A stretch of DNA of 64,000 nucleotides from Octopus vulgaris (taxonomy: Eukaryota), in assembly GCA_951406725.2 (NCBI GenBank), contig OX597816.1, positions 91,326,001 through 91,390,000 of the forward strand, given 5' to 3'. Made by a program: the position numbers and the translations under genes. Below are positions 1 to 12,384 of this stretch, piece after piece (the first letter of the stretch is position 1; each line of letters opens with the position of its first letter). The notes under the pieces were generated by a model. The model was not told the DNA's origin. It saw only the letters and a program-made list of their open reading frames with translations, and did not search any database.

Positions 1-122
1 AGTGAATCTAACGGTTTTTGTGTGTTTCTTAAATGGCTTATAAACACCTTCAACGCTGCAACTGTTTTCGTTCCAGCACACGATCTCAGATCAAGTCACT
101 TGCTATGCAAGTACATCTCTGT
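1..122 (+). mobile_element. Fragment of Penelope-like non-coding repeat family A (cut by window start)
   Basis: Near-identical to the reverse complement of 13650-13770 and 41383-41500 (acacgatctcagatcaa.tcacttgctatgcaagtacatct); ends in (TA)n. Confidence 0.6.
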
Positions 123-221
123 AACTATATATATATTTATATATATATATATGTATATTGGTAAAAACAGTAAGATAACAAAAGAAAGAAAGAGACCTCA
201 ATATTATGTAAATAGAGGAAA

Positions 222-599
222 TCTTTATATATAAAAGTGAGGTTGTGTGTCTGTCTCCTACGATTTAGATTCCTAACTACTCCCACATTTTGCGGTGCAG
301 TATCTTATAGTCGTGATTCATATCGAGACCGTCTGGGTATTAGCGCGCGTCTACGATGAGTCTACGATTTAAAAAAAAATTTACCATCAATTTTCCCATT
401 TTTAATCCATTTTTGACATATATAAGGGAAGTAACTCTCTAAAATTTATTATTAAATCTCAGAACGTAAAAAGCTACAGTAACACCCCTCCCCCTTTGTG
501 GTTAGCCATATTGAGATGGCTATTATACTTTACATCTCTAAAAATGCTTATATAATTATTTCCCTTACAAACCCGAGCAACGCCGGGCGATACTGCTAG
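222..599 (+). mobile_element. Non-autonomous Helitron-like element, copy 1
   Basis: Starts TC (after A221), ends cccgagcaacgccggg hairpin + cgatactg + CTAG (before T600); no TSD; homologous to 1760-2243 and 45955-46624. Confidence 0.8.
445..534. mobile_element. 90-bp inverted mini-insertion of the 357-bp repeat family nested in the Helitron
   Basis: attaaatctcagaa plus aaagctacagtaacacccc...tatactttaca match 50944-50957 and 51522-51586; flanked by TCTCTAAAA direct repeats (436-444, 535-543). Confidence 0.7.
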
Positions 600-1289
600 T
601 ATATATATATGTGTGTGTGTGTATATATATATGGGCAACACACACATACATACGTACACCTATTGCATACATGTTTTTTGTATGCATACATGTTTGTGTG
701 TGTGTGTGAGTGTGTGTGTGTGTGTATTGCCCGTATAGCAACAAAACACTTTTTTCCTCGGAAAAAAAACAACAAAAGTCTTAGCAAAAACTTACTCGGT
801 GCTAGAAGGGGACTTAACTCCTGTTTGCAAACAATGGTGATTTCTCTGACTTGAAAATTGTTAAAAGTTTTGTTTGAAAATTTATTTTTACTGTTATTCA
901 CTGGTGCCGCTGGTAAAAATACCTAGTTGATGAAAATACAGCTAGCATCATGACGAATGTCTTCCTAAAATTAGAGCGACATGCGTGCTAATTTGTGGAT
1001 GTGCATAAATTACATTCACGTACAGACACACACACATCCTGCCTTTTATATATATATATATACTGAGTGTCCATTTTCCATGCTGGCACAGATTGGATAG
1101 CTTGACAGGAACTGGCAAGGTCAGGAGCTACACCAGGCCCCATTGTCTGTTTTGATATGGCTTCTACAGCTGGATGCCCTTCCTAATGCCAACCACTCCA
1201 CAGAGTGGACTGGGTGCTTTTTATGTGGCACCATCACCATTGCTTTTGATATGACACCAGCACCCACACCAATGCATTTTATGTGGCAA

Positions 1290-1317
1290 TATGTATGTAT
1301 GTACATATGTATGTGTG

Positions 1318-1367
<50 letters not shown>

Positions 1368-1393
1368 ATATATATATATATATATACATACAT

Positions 1394-1425
<32 letters not shown>

Positions 1426-1664
1426 ATACATATAAATATATATACATATATATATATACATACATATAAATATATATACATATATATATATACATACATA
1501 TAAATATATATACATATATATATACATACATATATATATATATACATATATATATATACATACATATAAATATATATACATATATATATATACATACATA
1601 TAAATATATATACATATATATATATATACATACATATAAATATATATACATATATATATATACA

Positions 1665-1707
<43 letters not shown>

Positions 1708-1752
1708 CATATAAATATATATACATATATATATACATACATATAAATATAT
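1290..1752. repeat. Compound (TA)n/(TACA) satellite with ~35-bp higher-order unit
   Basis: Repeated tacatacatataaatatatatacatatatatata units; source of spurious YI-repeat ORFs. Confidence 0.9.
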
Positions 1753-1759
1753 AAGCAGA

Positions 1760-2243
1760 CTAGCAGTATCGCCTGGTGTTGCTCGGGTTTGTAAGGGAAA
1801 TAACTATATAAGCATTTTTAGAGAGTTTCTTAGCCATTTCTGTTTTGGTGTCTTCAAGCCATGAAGTCGTTGTTCTAAAAGAACGCTGGTCTCCTTGACA
1901 ACGCTTTACGATGTTGATTTCCTTACACTCCCTTCCCCACAGCTTCACGAGGGATGGAAGAAGGGGGAGAAGCAAACAGGTGCAGGTGTGACCATGGACG
2001 CCAACTCCGCCGCCATCGACACACGAAAAATTATGCATTAAAATGGAATAAAAAATGATGTTAAATTATTTTTTAAATCGTAGACTCATCGTAGACGTGC
2101 GCTAATACTCAGACGGGCTCGATATGAATCACGACTATAAGATACCCGAATTTGGTTAAACTGCACCGCAAAATGTGGGAGTAGTTAGGAATCTAAATCG
2201 AAGGGGACAGACACTCACACAACTACAGTTTTATATATATAGA
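1760..2243 (-). mobile_element. Non-autonomous Helitron-like element, copy 2, inserted in an RTE LINE
   Basis: Minus strand TC start at 2243, hairpin + CTAG end at 1760; flanks aagcaga^taagaaaaaatttgcc rejoin to RTE sequence seen uninterrupted at 6768-6792 (-). Confidence 0.85.
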
Positions 2244-4157
2244 TAAGAAAAAATTTGCCAATGTTCTGCGCCGTGAGGATGAAAGACTTGAGGTATTTCG
2301 TGTTGCAAGACAGTGTGTGAGAGAGAATCGTGACGTGGTAGGAGAGAAATGTGTTTGCAAGGATGACAGTTCACTTGCGCTAAATGAAGATGCAAAGAGA
2401 GAGGTTTGGAGACGCCACTATGAAAGGTTGCTGAATGAGGAAAATGAATGGGAAAAAGAGAGTCTGCCAAAAGAGAGTCTGCCAACAGAGGGACCAGTAA
2501 TCCGAGTTGACAGTTCCTTAGTAGTTAAGGCAATTACAAGCATGAAAACAGGGAAAGCCCCTGGCCCATGAGGAATTACTGCAGAGATGCTCAAAATATC
2601 TGGTAGTGTTGGCTATAGCCTAGTCACCCGTATAGTTAACCAGGTGATACACGAAGGAGTCATACCCAATGACTGGTGTAGCAGCATAATAGTCAACTGC
2701 TACAAAGGTAAAGGAGACGCTCTAGATACAAATAACTACAGGGGTATCAAGCTGCTGGATCAAGTAATGAAGGTCACGGAGAGGGTAATAGCCCAACTAA
2801 TTAGAGAGAGAGTTAGCTTAGATGAGATGCAGTTTGGGTTCGTGCCAGGGAAAAGTACTACTGATGCTATATTCCTGGTAAGACAGCTGCAGGAGAAATA
2901 CCTAGCCAAAGATAAGCCCCTGTACCTGGCTTTTGTTGATATGGAGAAAGCTTTCGACAGGGTCCCTCGATCCCTTATCTGGTGGTCAATGAGGAAACTA
3001 GGGATAGATGAATGGTTAGTAAGAGCTGTGCGAGCCATGTACAGAGACGCTGCTAGTAAGGTGAGGGTTGGCAACAAGTACAGTGAAGAATTCCGGGTAG
3101 AGGTTGGGGTCCACCAAGGTTCAGTCCTCAGTCCCCTCCTATTTATCATAGTCCTCCAGGCAATAATGGAGGAATTCAAGACAGGATGCCCCTGGGAGCT
3201 CCTCTATGCTGATGACTTTGCTCTAATTGCTGAGTCGCTATCAGAACTGGAGGAGAAGTTTCAGGTGTTGGTGCACCTTATAGAGTTTCTACCTACGCCT
3301 TTTTTACAGTAGAGGTGTAGGTAGAAACTCTATAAGGTGCACCAAGTGTAAGCTATGGACACATAAGAGGTGTAGCAATGTCAAAGGAAGGCTAACTAGG
3401 AAAATAGTTTTTATCTGTGGCAGATGCTCAGGAGCAATAAACACTGAAAATGTGCAGAGACCAACTTCTACCACGTTCCAGGGAGAAAAACTAGAAGTAG
3501 TTGATAGCTTCCGCTACCTAGGTGACCAAGTCAGTAGCGGGTGTGGGTGTGCTGAAAGTGTAACTGCTAGAGTAAGAATAGCCTGGGCAAAGTTTAGAGA
3601 GCTCCTACCCCTGCTGGTGACAAAAGGCCTCTCGCTCAGAGTAAAAGGCAGACTGTATGATGCATGTGTATGTACAGCCATGCTACATGGTAGTGAAACA
3701 TGGGCTGTGACTGCTGAGAATATGCGTAAGCTTGCAAGAAATGAAGCCAGTATGCTCCGATGGATGTGTAATGTCAGTGTTCATAATCGACAGAGTGTAA
3801 GTACCTTGAGAGAAAAGTTGGACTTAAGAAGCATCAGTTGTGGTGTGCAAGAGAGACGTTTGCGCTGGTATGGTCATGTGTTGAGAATGGCTGAAGATAG
3901 TTGTGTGCAAAAGTGCCACACCCTAGCAGTTGAGGGAACCTGTGGAAGAGGTAGACCCAGGAAAACCTGGGACAAGGTGGTGAAGCACGACCTTCGAACT
4001 TTAGGTCTCACCAAGGAAATGACTAGAGACCGAGACCTATGGAAGTATGCTGTGCGTGAGAAGACCCGGCAAGACTAGTGAGAACATAACCTGTGGCCTA
4101 CATACCTTTCCTTCTTGGGACACAAAACTCCACTTGTGAAGACCCGTTGAGGCAAGT

Positions 4158-4210
4158 GAAAATCAAAATCAAAATCAAAATCAAAATCAAAATCAAACCA
4201 AATCAAATCC
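4158..4210. repeat. (AAAATC)n microsatellite in RTE 3' UTR
   Basis: aaaatcaaaatcaaaatc... about 8 units. Confidence 0.9.
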
Positions 4211-4299
4211 GATATCAGAAAGCAGAACCAAAATTGAAGTCGATCAACATCAATGGAAATTGCAGCTGTGATACCAGTGCCGGTGACAAGTAAGCAAAC

Positions 4300-4672
4300 C
4301 ATCCGATCATGGCCATTGCCAGCGCCACCCCGACTGGCCTCCGTGCCGGTGGCACGTAAAAGCACCATCCGTTCGTGTCCATTACCAGCCTCGCCTGGCC
4401 TCCATGCCGGTGGCACGTAGCACCATCCGTTTGTGGCCGTTGCCAGCCTTGCCTGGCCTCCATGCCAGTGGCACGTAAAATCACCATCCGTTCGTGGTTG
4501 TTGCTAGCCTCGTCTGGCCCCCGTGCCGGTGGCACGTAAAAAGCACCATCCGATTGTGGCCGTTGCCAGCCTCGCCTGGCCCCCGTGCCGGTGGCATAAA
4601 AAGCACCATCCATCCGTGGCCATTTGCCAGCTCCGTCTGTCACCTGTGCGGGTGGCACGTAAAAAGCACCCA
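4300..4672 (+). repeat. ~60-bp tandem repeats in RTE 3' UTR
   Basis: About six units of gcctcgcctggc...gtgccggtggcacgtaaaaagcaccatccgttcgtggccgttgcca. Confidence 0.85.
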
Positions 4673-4840
4673 CTACACTCACGGAGTGGTTGGCATTAGG
4701 AAGGGCATCCAGCCGTAGAAACACTGCCAGATCAGACTGGGCTTGATGCAGCCTTCTGGCTTCACAGACCCCAGTTGAACTGTCCAACCCATGCTAGCAT
4801 GGAAAGCGAACGCTAAATGATGATGATGATGATGATGATG

Positions 4841-4871
<31 letters not shown>

Positions 4872-5548
4872 TATAAAAAAATACAAAATAGGGCAACAAA
4901 ACATCCAGATAGATGATATAAAGAAAACAAGGATGGGTCATTCGAAGTTTTCTTTCTTCAGTTGAGTACCAGATTATTTTTGCAATCTGGCCAGCCCCAA
5001 GGAAAAACTAAGCTCAGAGCATTAGATTCCTTGGAAGAAAGCAGTGAATGTATACAAAAGCAAGGACGGAAAAAAACGAACAATGTTACACAAATATAAT
5101 AAAAATAATAACAGGACATAACAACAGGTGTCTTTTGACTTAATTAAATTAAGCTGGTGTGTGTGGAAATGAAGCCTTATGGCAGGGATACAAGATTTCA
5201 CAGGCACAGGGAGGAATATGCATGGACAATAGCCAGACCAAGAAAGAAAGATCAGGCTTGGCCGAATGCAGGTCATGTGGGAAGAGAAGAGAGAGAGATA
5301 GCGGCAGAGGGACAGAAGAACTAAGGAGGGGCAAAAAAAATGACAGGGATGCAGTAAAGTGAAAAGTGGAGGGAAAGTGAGCAAGAAGAGAAGGCAAAGA
5401 AATTTGAGAGAGGGGAAACAAAGGAACGAAGTGTGGAATGAACTAATAAGCGTCAAAGAGCTGATAGACAGAAATAGAGTTGTACAAGATTTAGAAAAAT
5501 GTATACTTACATATAAGAGACCAAAGTGTACGTACGCCGTTATATATA

Positions 5549-6970
5549 TCATCATCATCATTATCATTGTTTAACGTCTGCTTCTCACACTAGCATGGGT
5601 TGAACGATTTAACTGGGGTCTGGCGAGCCAGATGGCTGCACCAGACTCCAATCCGATCTGGCAGAGTTTCTACAGCTGGATGCCCTTCCTAACGCCAACC
5701 ACTCTGAGAGTGTAGTGGGTGCTTTTACGTGCCACCGGCACGAGGGCCAGTCAGGCGGTACTGGCAATGGCCATGCTCAAATGGTGCTTTTTATGTGCCA
5801 CCTGCACAGGAGCCAGTCCAGCGGCACTGGCAACAACCTCGCTCGAATGTCTTTTCACATGCCACCAGCACATCCTATCTTAAATTCCTCTGTTATTGCT
5901 TGGGGGACTATGATAAATGAGAGGGAGCTGAGGACTGAACCTTGGTGGACCCCTACCTCTACCCGGAATTCTTCACTGTACTCATTGCCAACCCTCACCT
6001 TACTGACAGCATCCTTGTACATGGCTTACACAGCTCTCACTAACCATTCATCTATCCCTAGTTTCTTCATTGACCACCAGATAAGGGATCAAGGGACCCT
6101 GTCAAAGGCTTCCTCCATATCTTTGGCTAAGCATTTCTCCTGTAGCTGTCTTACCAGAAACATAGCATTAGTGGTGCTTTTCCCTGGCATGAACCCAAAC
6201 TGCATCTCATCTAAACTGACTCTTTCCCTAATTAGTTGAGCTATGACCCTCTCTGTGACCTTCATTACCTGATCCAACAACTTGATACCTCTGTAATTAT
6301 TTGGATCTAAAGCATCACCTTTACCTTTGTAGCAGTTGACTATGGTACTGCTACAACAGTCAATGGGTATAACTCCTTCATGTATCACCTGGTTAACTCT
6401 ACAGGTGACTAGGCTATAGCCGACACCGCCAGATATTTTATGCATCTCTGCGGTGATTCGTGATGGGCCGGGGAGCTTTCCCTGTCTTCATACTCTTTAT
6501 TGCTTTATCTACCAAGATACTGTCAATTCAGATAGCTGGCCCCTCTGTTGGGTCAACATTCGGCAGACTCTCTCTCTCCCATTCACTCTCTTTATTCAGC
6601 AACCTTTCATAGTGGCGTCTCCAAACCTCTCTCTTTGCAGCCTCGTTTAGTGCAAGTGAACCATCATCCATGCAGACACATTTCTCTCCTACGACATCAT
6701 GATTCTCTCTTACACACTGTCTGGCAAAATGAAATACCTCAAGATTTGGTCTTCATGGCACAAAACATTGGCAAATTTTTTCTTATCTGCTTCCCCTCTG
6801 GCTAAATAAACCTGTCTTCTAGCTTCCCTTTTGGCAACTTGATACAATTCTTCTGCTACCACCATTCTTCCAGTCCTTCCAAGCCTGTTTCTTTTCTCTT
6901 ATAGCCCTGTCAACAACATTGTTCCACCACTACGTAACTTTGGGCCAAGAGGGGACTTTGCACCATCCAT
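5549..6970 (-). mobile_element. RTE LINE fragment with internal deletion (RT part fused to 3' UTR)
   Basis: ORF 6089-6445 (NYRGIKLLDQ, QFGF, EAFDRVP) parallels 2587-3312; RT ends near 5870 and joins the 3' UTR/(GAT)n tail at 5549-5870. Confidence 0.88.
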
Positions 6971-7094
6971 GAAAATTGTTCAAACCGAAGTCCTTCTTGA
7001 GCAACACATTTTTATTTAGTTAATTGAATAATGAGTACTATGGCTATGATATTAAACATACTGTACTATTGACTATATTGTTATATAACTTATC

Positions 7095-7505
7095 TTTTAT
7101 CTTTTTCAGTCATTAGATTGCAGCCATGCAGGGGCAATGCCTTGAATTTTTAATCGAATGGATCGACCCCAGTACTTATTTTTTAAGCTTGATACTTATT
7201 CTGTTGGTCTCTTTTGCTGAACTGCTAAGTTACAGGGACGTAAACACACCCACACCAGTTGTCAAGTGGTGATGGGGACCCAAACACAGACACACACACA
7301 CTCATATATATATATATATATGTTATGTGACAGGCTTCTTTCAGTTTCTGTCTACCAAATCCATTCATAAGGCTTTGATCAGCCCAAGGCTATAGTAGAA
7401 GACACTTGTCTTCTACTATAGAAGACAAGTCTATAGTATAGTGTATGTAGAGGGACTGAACCTGGAACCATGCAGTTGGGAAGTGAACTTCTTATTATAC
7501 ACCTA
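7095..7505 (-). mobile_element. tRNA-derived SINE with internal (CA)/(TA) microsatellite
   Basis: Reverse complement of the family typified by 61011-61428. Confidence 0.8.
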
Positions 7506-8084
7506 CCAATTAGAGACTCGTCTCTTTCAACTTCATTCTTTTTTGATCAGATTACCTGTCTCTGAACCCATTTAATTCCTATTTTGGAGTTCTTAATCAC
7601 AAGTTTATGTTATCTCAACATAAGCTGAAGAAAATGAATCCATAGCTATCTGTATCTTCTGTTATTTTCTGGTAAGTTTGAAGTCTGTCTGGGTTGTGTT
7701 TTCACCTGATTGATAGGTGATTTGTTCAGTCAGTATTACAGATTGCTCATTCACTACAAATGAAATGTCTGGAATGTGTGTCTGGGCTATAAACACCCAC
7801 TTTGAGCTGAAAAGTAGGGGAATGCTATCCCTCTGCATATCCCATCCATTTCCATCATTGGCTGATATCTTGCTTCTCTTCAAGCTACTTGATATCATTG
7901 CCTTCTCCTCTCTTCCATTCTCTTAAGCTTTTATAACTATCTATCATATAATTTCATCACTATGGTGATTTGTTAGTATAGGAAAACTGATAACAATCCT
8001 TTCTACTATAGGCACAAGGCCTAAAATTTGTGGGGAGGGAGATGATACATGCTAGTAGTTTTCTATGAATATCATGGGTGTGCA

Positions 8085-8115
<31 letters not shown>

Positions 8116-8171
8116 TGTTTGTTTGTACTCCACCTGCCTTTGTCTTTTGTTTATTTTCGTAAAGCTTCCTG

Positions 8172-8221
<50 letters not shown>

Positions 8222-8249
8222 CCAAATTAAGAGGGTGGCTTATCAGTGA

Positions 8250-8610
8250 TTAGAACCTAATGTTCACCATATCAAAAGCCTTTGTCAGATCAACAAAAAC
8301 CTGATACAGAGGAATCCACTGCTTAATACATTTCTCCTGAATCTGCCTTGCTGAGAAGATCATATCAATCGTCCCTCTGCCAAATCTAAAGCCACTTTGT
8401 AATTCAGGGACTACTGTTGGACAAATATCCTCCATCAACCTGTTCAACAATAATCTAGCAAGAACTTCATCCACAGACTCCGACAGAGTGATGCCACGGT
8501 AGTGATCACAGATTACTTTATCCCCTTTGCCTTTAAACAAGGTCATGAAGGTACCATCTATCTAAACTTGTGATATAGGAGCTCCATCCCAGCACTCTGT
8601 GATGAGATGA
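8250..8610 (-). mobile_element. RTE-BovB-like RT fragment
   Basis: ORF 8250-8546: KGDKVICDHYRGITL...PELQSGFRFGRGTIDMIFSARQIQEKC...VFVDLTKAFD. Confidence 0.85.
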
Positions 8611-8850
8611 AGTATTGTTTGCGTTATGTTCTTATTACCAACCTTTAAGAGTTCCACAGGAATTCCATCTGATCAAGGTATCTAACTGGTTGATGGCCAT
8701 TTTAACCTCATTATTATTTGGTAATCAATCCATTTTGAAACATGAGCACCACTCTCTGAGTTTCAGTGATTATTATCTGATGATAAGCCTAAGCCAGATG
8801 ACCAGTAATCACATCAACTGCAGGTTTTATTTCAAGTTTCCCTCTTATAG

Positions 8851-8928
8851 AAGGATACTGTAACAACAGCTTGGGTCTTTCACTCCCAGTGGATTTTCTT
8901 TCCTGTTTAAAAAAAAGAAAGTTAAAAG
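8851..8928 (+). CDS. Tentative upstream exon of the WDR97-like gene
   Basis: cctcttatag acceptor, open frame GYCNNSLGLSLPVDFLSCLKKRKLK, AAG|gtatgt donor, phase 1 compatible with 9873; no recognisable homology. Confidence 0.3.
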
Positions 8929-9239
8929 GTATGTAATTTAAAAATATAAATAAAATAAGTTTTGAATATAAATAATATATATATATATATATATACACAT
9001 TTAAGAATATATTTAAAAAATGATATATACATACTTACACATATTTGTTGGATGGCCATTGACTACTCATGAGTTTCTTTGCCCTTTGACGGGTCTTATT
9101 TTTCGTCCTGCAGGCTGTCCAACAATCACCCTCCTCACCAAGTAAGCCTGGTGGGGTTGCTAGTTTAGCTGCCAACGACCCGACTATGCAACAGGTTGTA
9201 CTGGATTACATGCTACCAGTAGCACTCGAGAGCAACCTG

Positions 9240-9270
<31 letters not shown>

Positions 9271-9271
9271 A

Positions 9272-9613
9272 ATTTCATTTGTTTCAGTCATTATACTGTG
9301 ACCATGAAGAATTTTTACTCAAATGAAGCAACCCCAATACCTATTTATTTTAAAGCCTGGTATTTGTTCTGCCATACCCCTTTGCTGTACTGCTAAGTTA
9401 GTGGGGACATAAACACAACATCACCAGTTGTTAAGCATTAGTGGGGAACATCCTCACACACACACACACACGATGGGCTTCTTTACCAAATCCATTCACA
9501 AGGATTTGACTGACCCAAGGCTATAGTTGAAAACACATGCCCAAGATGCCACACAGTGAGACCAAACCCAGAACCATGAGGGTGGAAAACAAACTTCTTA
9601 CCACACAGCCACA
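9272..9613 (-). mobile_element. tRNA-derived SINE (diverged)
   Basis: Same family as 61011-61428. Confidence 0.7.
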
Positions 9614-9872
9614 CATGTGTGTGTGTGTACATATATTATTATCATCATCATCATCAACTTACAATTTTTCATGCTGGCATGGCTTGCACTGGTTTTTTGT
9701 TGTTTTTTTATAATCAGATAGCCTTTATATTACTAATTCTTGTAGTCATCTCTTACAATATGCAGTGTGTATGTAATCAATTAAGATTGTTCCTCATTTT
9801 TCAATCTACAGAGAAAAAGCTAAATTTGCCTTGTTTATATATCTACTATATAAGCTACATATATTATTTCAG

Positions 9873-9940
9873 ACCTTCATACTTTGGGGACTGAGATCCC
9901 CAATGACAGGCCCCTTGTGTCAAATAAAGTGTTGAATATG
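9873..9940 (+). CDS. Tentative upstream exon of the WDR97-like gene
   Basis: tattatttcag acceptor, LHTLGTEIPNDRPLVSNKVLNM, ATG|gtatac donor; phase 1 to 0 fits the exon at 13467. Confidence 0.35.
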
Positions 9941-12384
9941 GTATACAAATTAGCCGTTCCAGTTTTCTATAGCTGCCTTGCTTCCCAGCCATGTGCTTTT
10001 GGGTTCAATCTCATTACACAGCTCTTTGGGAATGAGTTTTCTACTTAGCTCTGGGCTGATCAAAACTTTGTGAATTGAATTGGTAGGCAGAAACTGAAAG
10101 AAGCTCATCAGGTGTGTGTATGCTTATATACCATTATCATCAACATTTGATGTCCATTTTCCATGCTGGTATGGTTTGGACGGCTTGACAGGAACTGGCA
10201 AGGCCAGGTGCCACACCAGGCTCTATCATCTGTTTTTGCTTGGTTTCTATGGTTGGATGCTCTTCCTGATACTAACCACTCCACAGAGCGTACTGGGTGC
10301 CTTTTACATAGTACCATCACCAGTACATTTTACATGGCACCAGCAATGTGCTTTTTATGTGGCGTCAGCATCCACACCAATGCTTTTTACATGGCGCCTC
10401 AGCTTTAGGATCTCAATTCTGTTGTGGTGGGCAGATCTACTCAAGTATGGCAATGCACCACATATCTTGGTCCTCAGTTATCTCCTTTGTAAGGTTCAGC
10501 ATTTTGGTGTGTGTTGGAGGGAGTCCCCTTGTTTTGACATCATATGATAGTTGTAAACAAGCTTCACTGTCATACTTGTTATGCCATTCATTTCCAATCA
10601 TCCATGAAAAACAAATCTGGTCATGAGGAAATATTACCTTACTTGGAAACAGGTGAAGGTTGTTTCAACAATGCCATCTGACCCATGCAGACATAGAAAA
10701 GTGAATGTTAAAATGATGATGATAATAGTGATCAGTTTTCCCAATGTCTATTGCAGTTCTTAGATATATGCAATATTCTTATTTTTTGCTGGCAGAATTG
10801 TTATCACAGTAAGCAAAATTTTGCCCATTTTTATGGTTTGTGTTCAAATGCTGCCAGGGTCAACTTTGCCTTTCAACCTTTCTAGGTCAATAAAATAAGT
10901 ACCTGTAAAGTACTGGGGTTGATGTAATCAACTTGACTCCTCTCTTGAAATTTCTAGCCTTGTGTTAAAATTTAAAACCAATATTCTTATTTTTCATATA
11001 TAGAAAATATCTGGAAAATATATTTATACATGTATGATTGTGTGTGTGTGTGTGTGTGTGTAATCCCTGTTTACACATAAATGGAGATATAAACACACAC
11101 ATACACATGTCCTTTTTCTGCTTACATATGGGACCCTCTACCTCATGACATCGTTTACTAGAAATAGTAACTAAATCTCTCCTACTCTCTTATTTAAAGG
11201 GGGATGCATTGGGTATTTAATCCTACATAACTCCTTAAAAGATGGTATGGTTATACCTGGAATGCTTTTAATGACAGATTGGCTTCATCAGAATCGAGCT
11301 AAGTTAAACAGCATCAGTAACAGCAATAAATTTCCACTTGTAATTTATTTGTAAAATTTATAAATCATAAATAAGCTAAACAATTCTTTAAAAATGATTT
11401 AAGTAATTTGGTTGAGGATTTTACCATTCTCAGTATTATATAGTTTATGAACATATACCACAGTTGGATAAGTTAGAATCAAAATACATAGACAAAGCAC
11501 ATATATAGCCAAGGGTGGGAGAGTCAACAAGTTCAGCTTGATCTCACCCCTGGTTATGTATGTGTATATGATATATATATACATGTATATACAAACAAAT
11601 TAAATGGCTCCTGGAGGATCCATTTTGATAATTGAGAACCCACTTCAGTCAAATCCTGGCTCCACCCATGCAGACCATGCAGAGTGCAAATTATGCATGT
11701 GCTGTCATTAATATGATCTCAAGGCAAGTACCACAGGCAAACATGAAGTCATTAACTTAATGGATTTCATTGTGGGTACATATAAAGCAGTGTGTGCACC
11801 AAAGTATCGACCAGGCAGTGTGGGTTCATATCTTGTTTGGTTCTCAAATATTTATTTATGCTTTCATATGAAAATTATATTTATGTACTTCATTTTATTT
11901 AAGGCATGGCTGTGTGATTAAGAAGCTCATCCTGCAAATACATGGTCTGTAGTTCAGTCCTACTGCACAGCACCTAGAGAAGTGTCTTCTACTATTGGCC
12001 TGGGCTAATCAATGCATTATAGTTGAATTTGGTAGACAGAAACTGTGTGGAAATTCATCACATCTGTGTATGTGTGTGTGTATTCCTCAGCAATCACTTG
12101 ACAACAGGCATTGGTTCATGTACTTCCCAGTCTCAGTAGCTTCACAAAAGACACTAACAGAATAAGTACCAGATTTGGAAATAAATCCTGAAGTCAATTT
12201 GTTTGTGCTCCAGAATGGCTGTATTCCAATGACTGATACAAATAAAAGATAAAAGGTAACTTCATGGAAACATCTCTTGAGTGAATGCAGTGGAGCATCT
12301 TTACAAGAAGAGTATAAATTTTCATGAAGGAAGAGCACTGCTGCTAATATAAGCATCTCAAGAATATCATTACAGATCTCTAAT

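Larger units (their letters stand above)
2244..4841 (+). mobile_element. 5'-truncated RTE-clade LINE with disrupted RT ORF and 3' UTR
   Basis: ORFs 2587-3312 (NYRGIKLL, QFGF, FVDMEKAFD, GVHQGSVLSP, LLYADD) and 3452-4078 (FRYLG, RRLRWYGHV, GRGRPRKTW); stop near 2570, internal deletion/inversion near 3268; 3' UTR ends in (GAT)n. Confidence 0.92.

Noticed and set aside
1121-1742. Long YI/YM-rich ORFs
   Set aside because: Translations of (TA)n/(TACA)n satellite; the same applies to HT/CV-rich ORFs at 15541-15863, 23207-23642 and 40522-40842.
7662-7898. 78-aa minus-strand ORF in complex sequence
   Set aside because: No recognisable motif or convincing splice partners.
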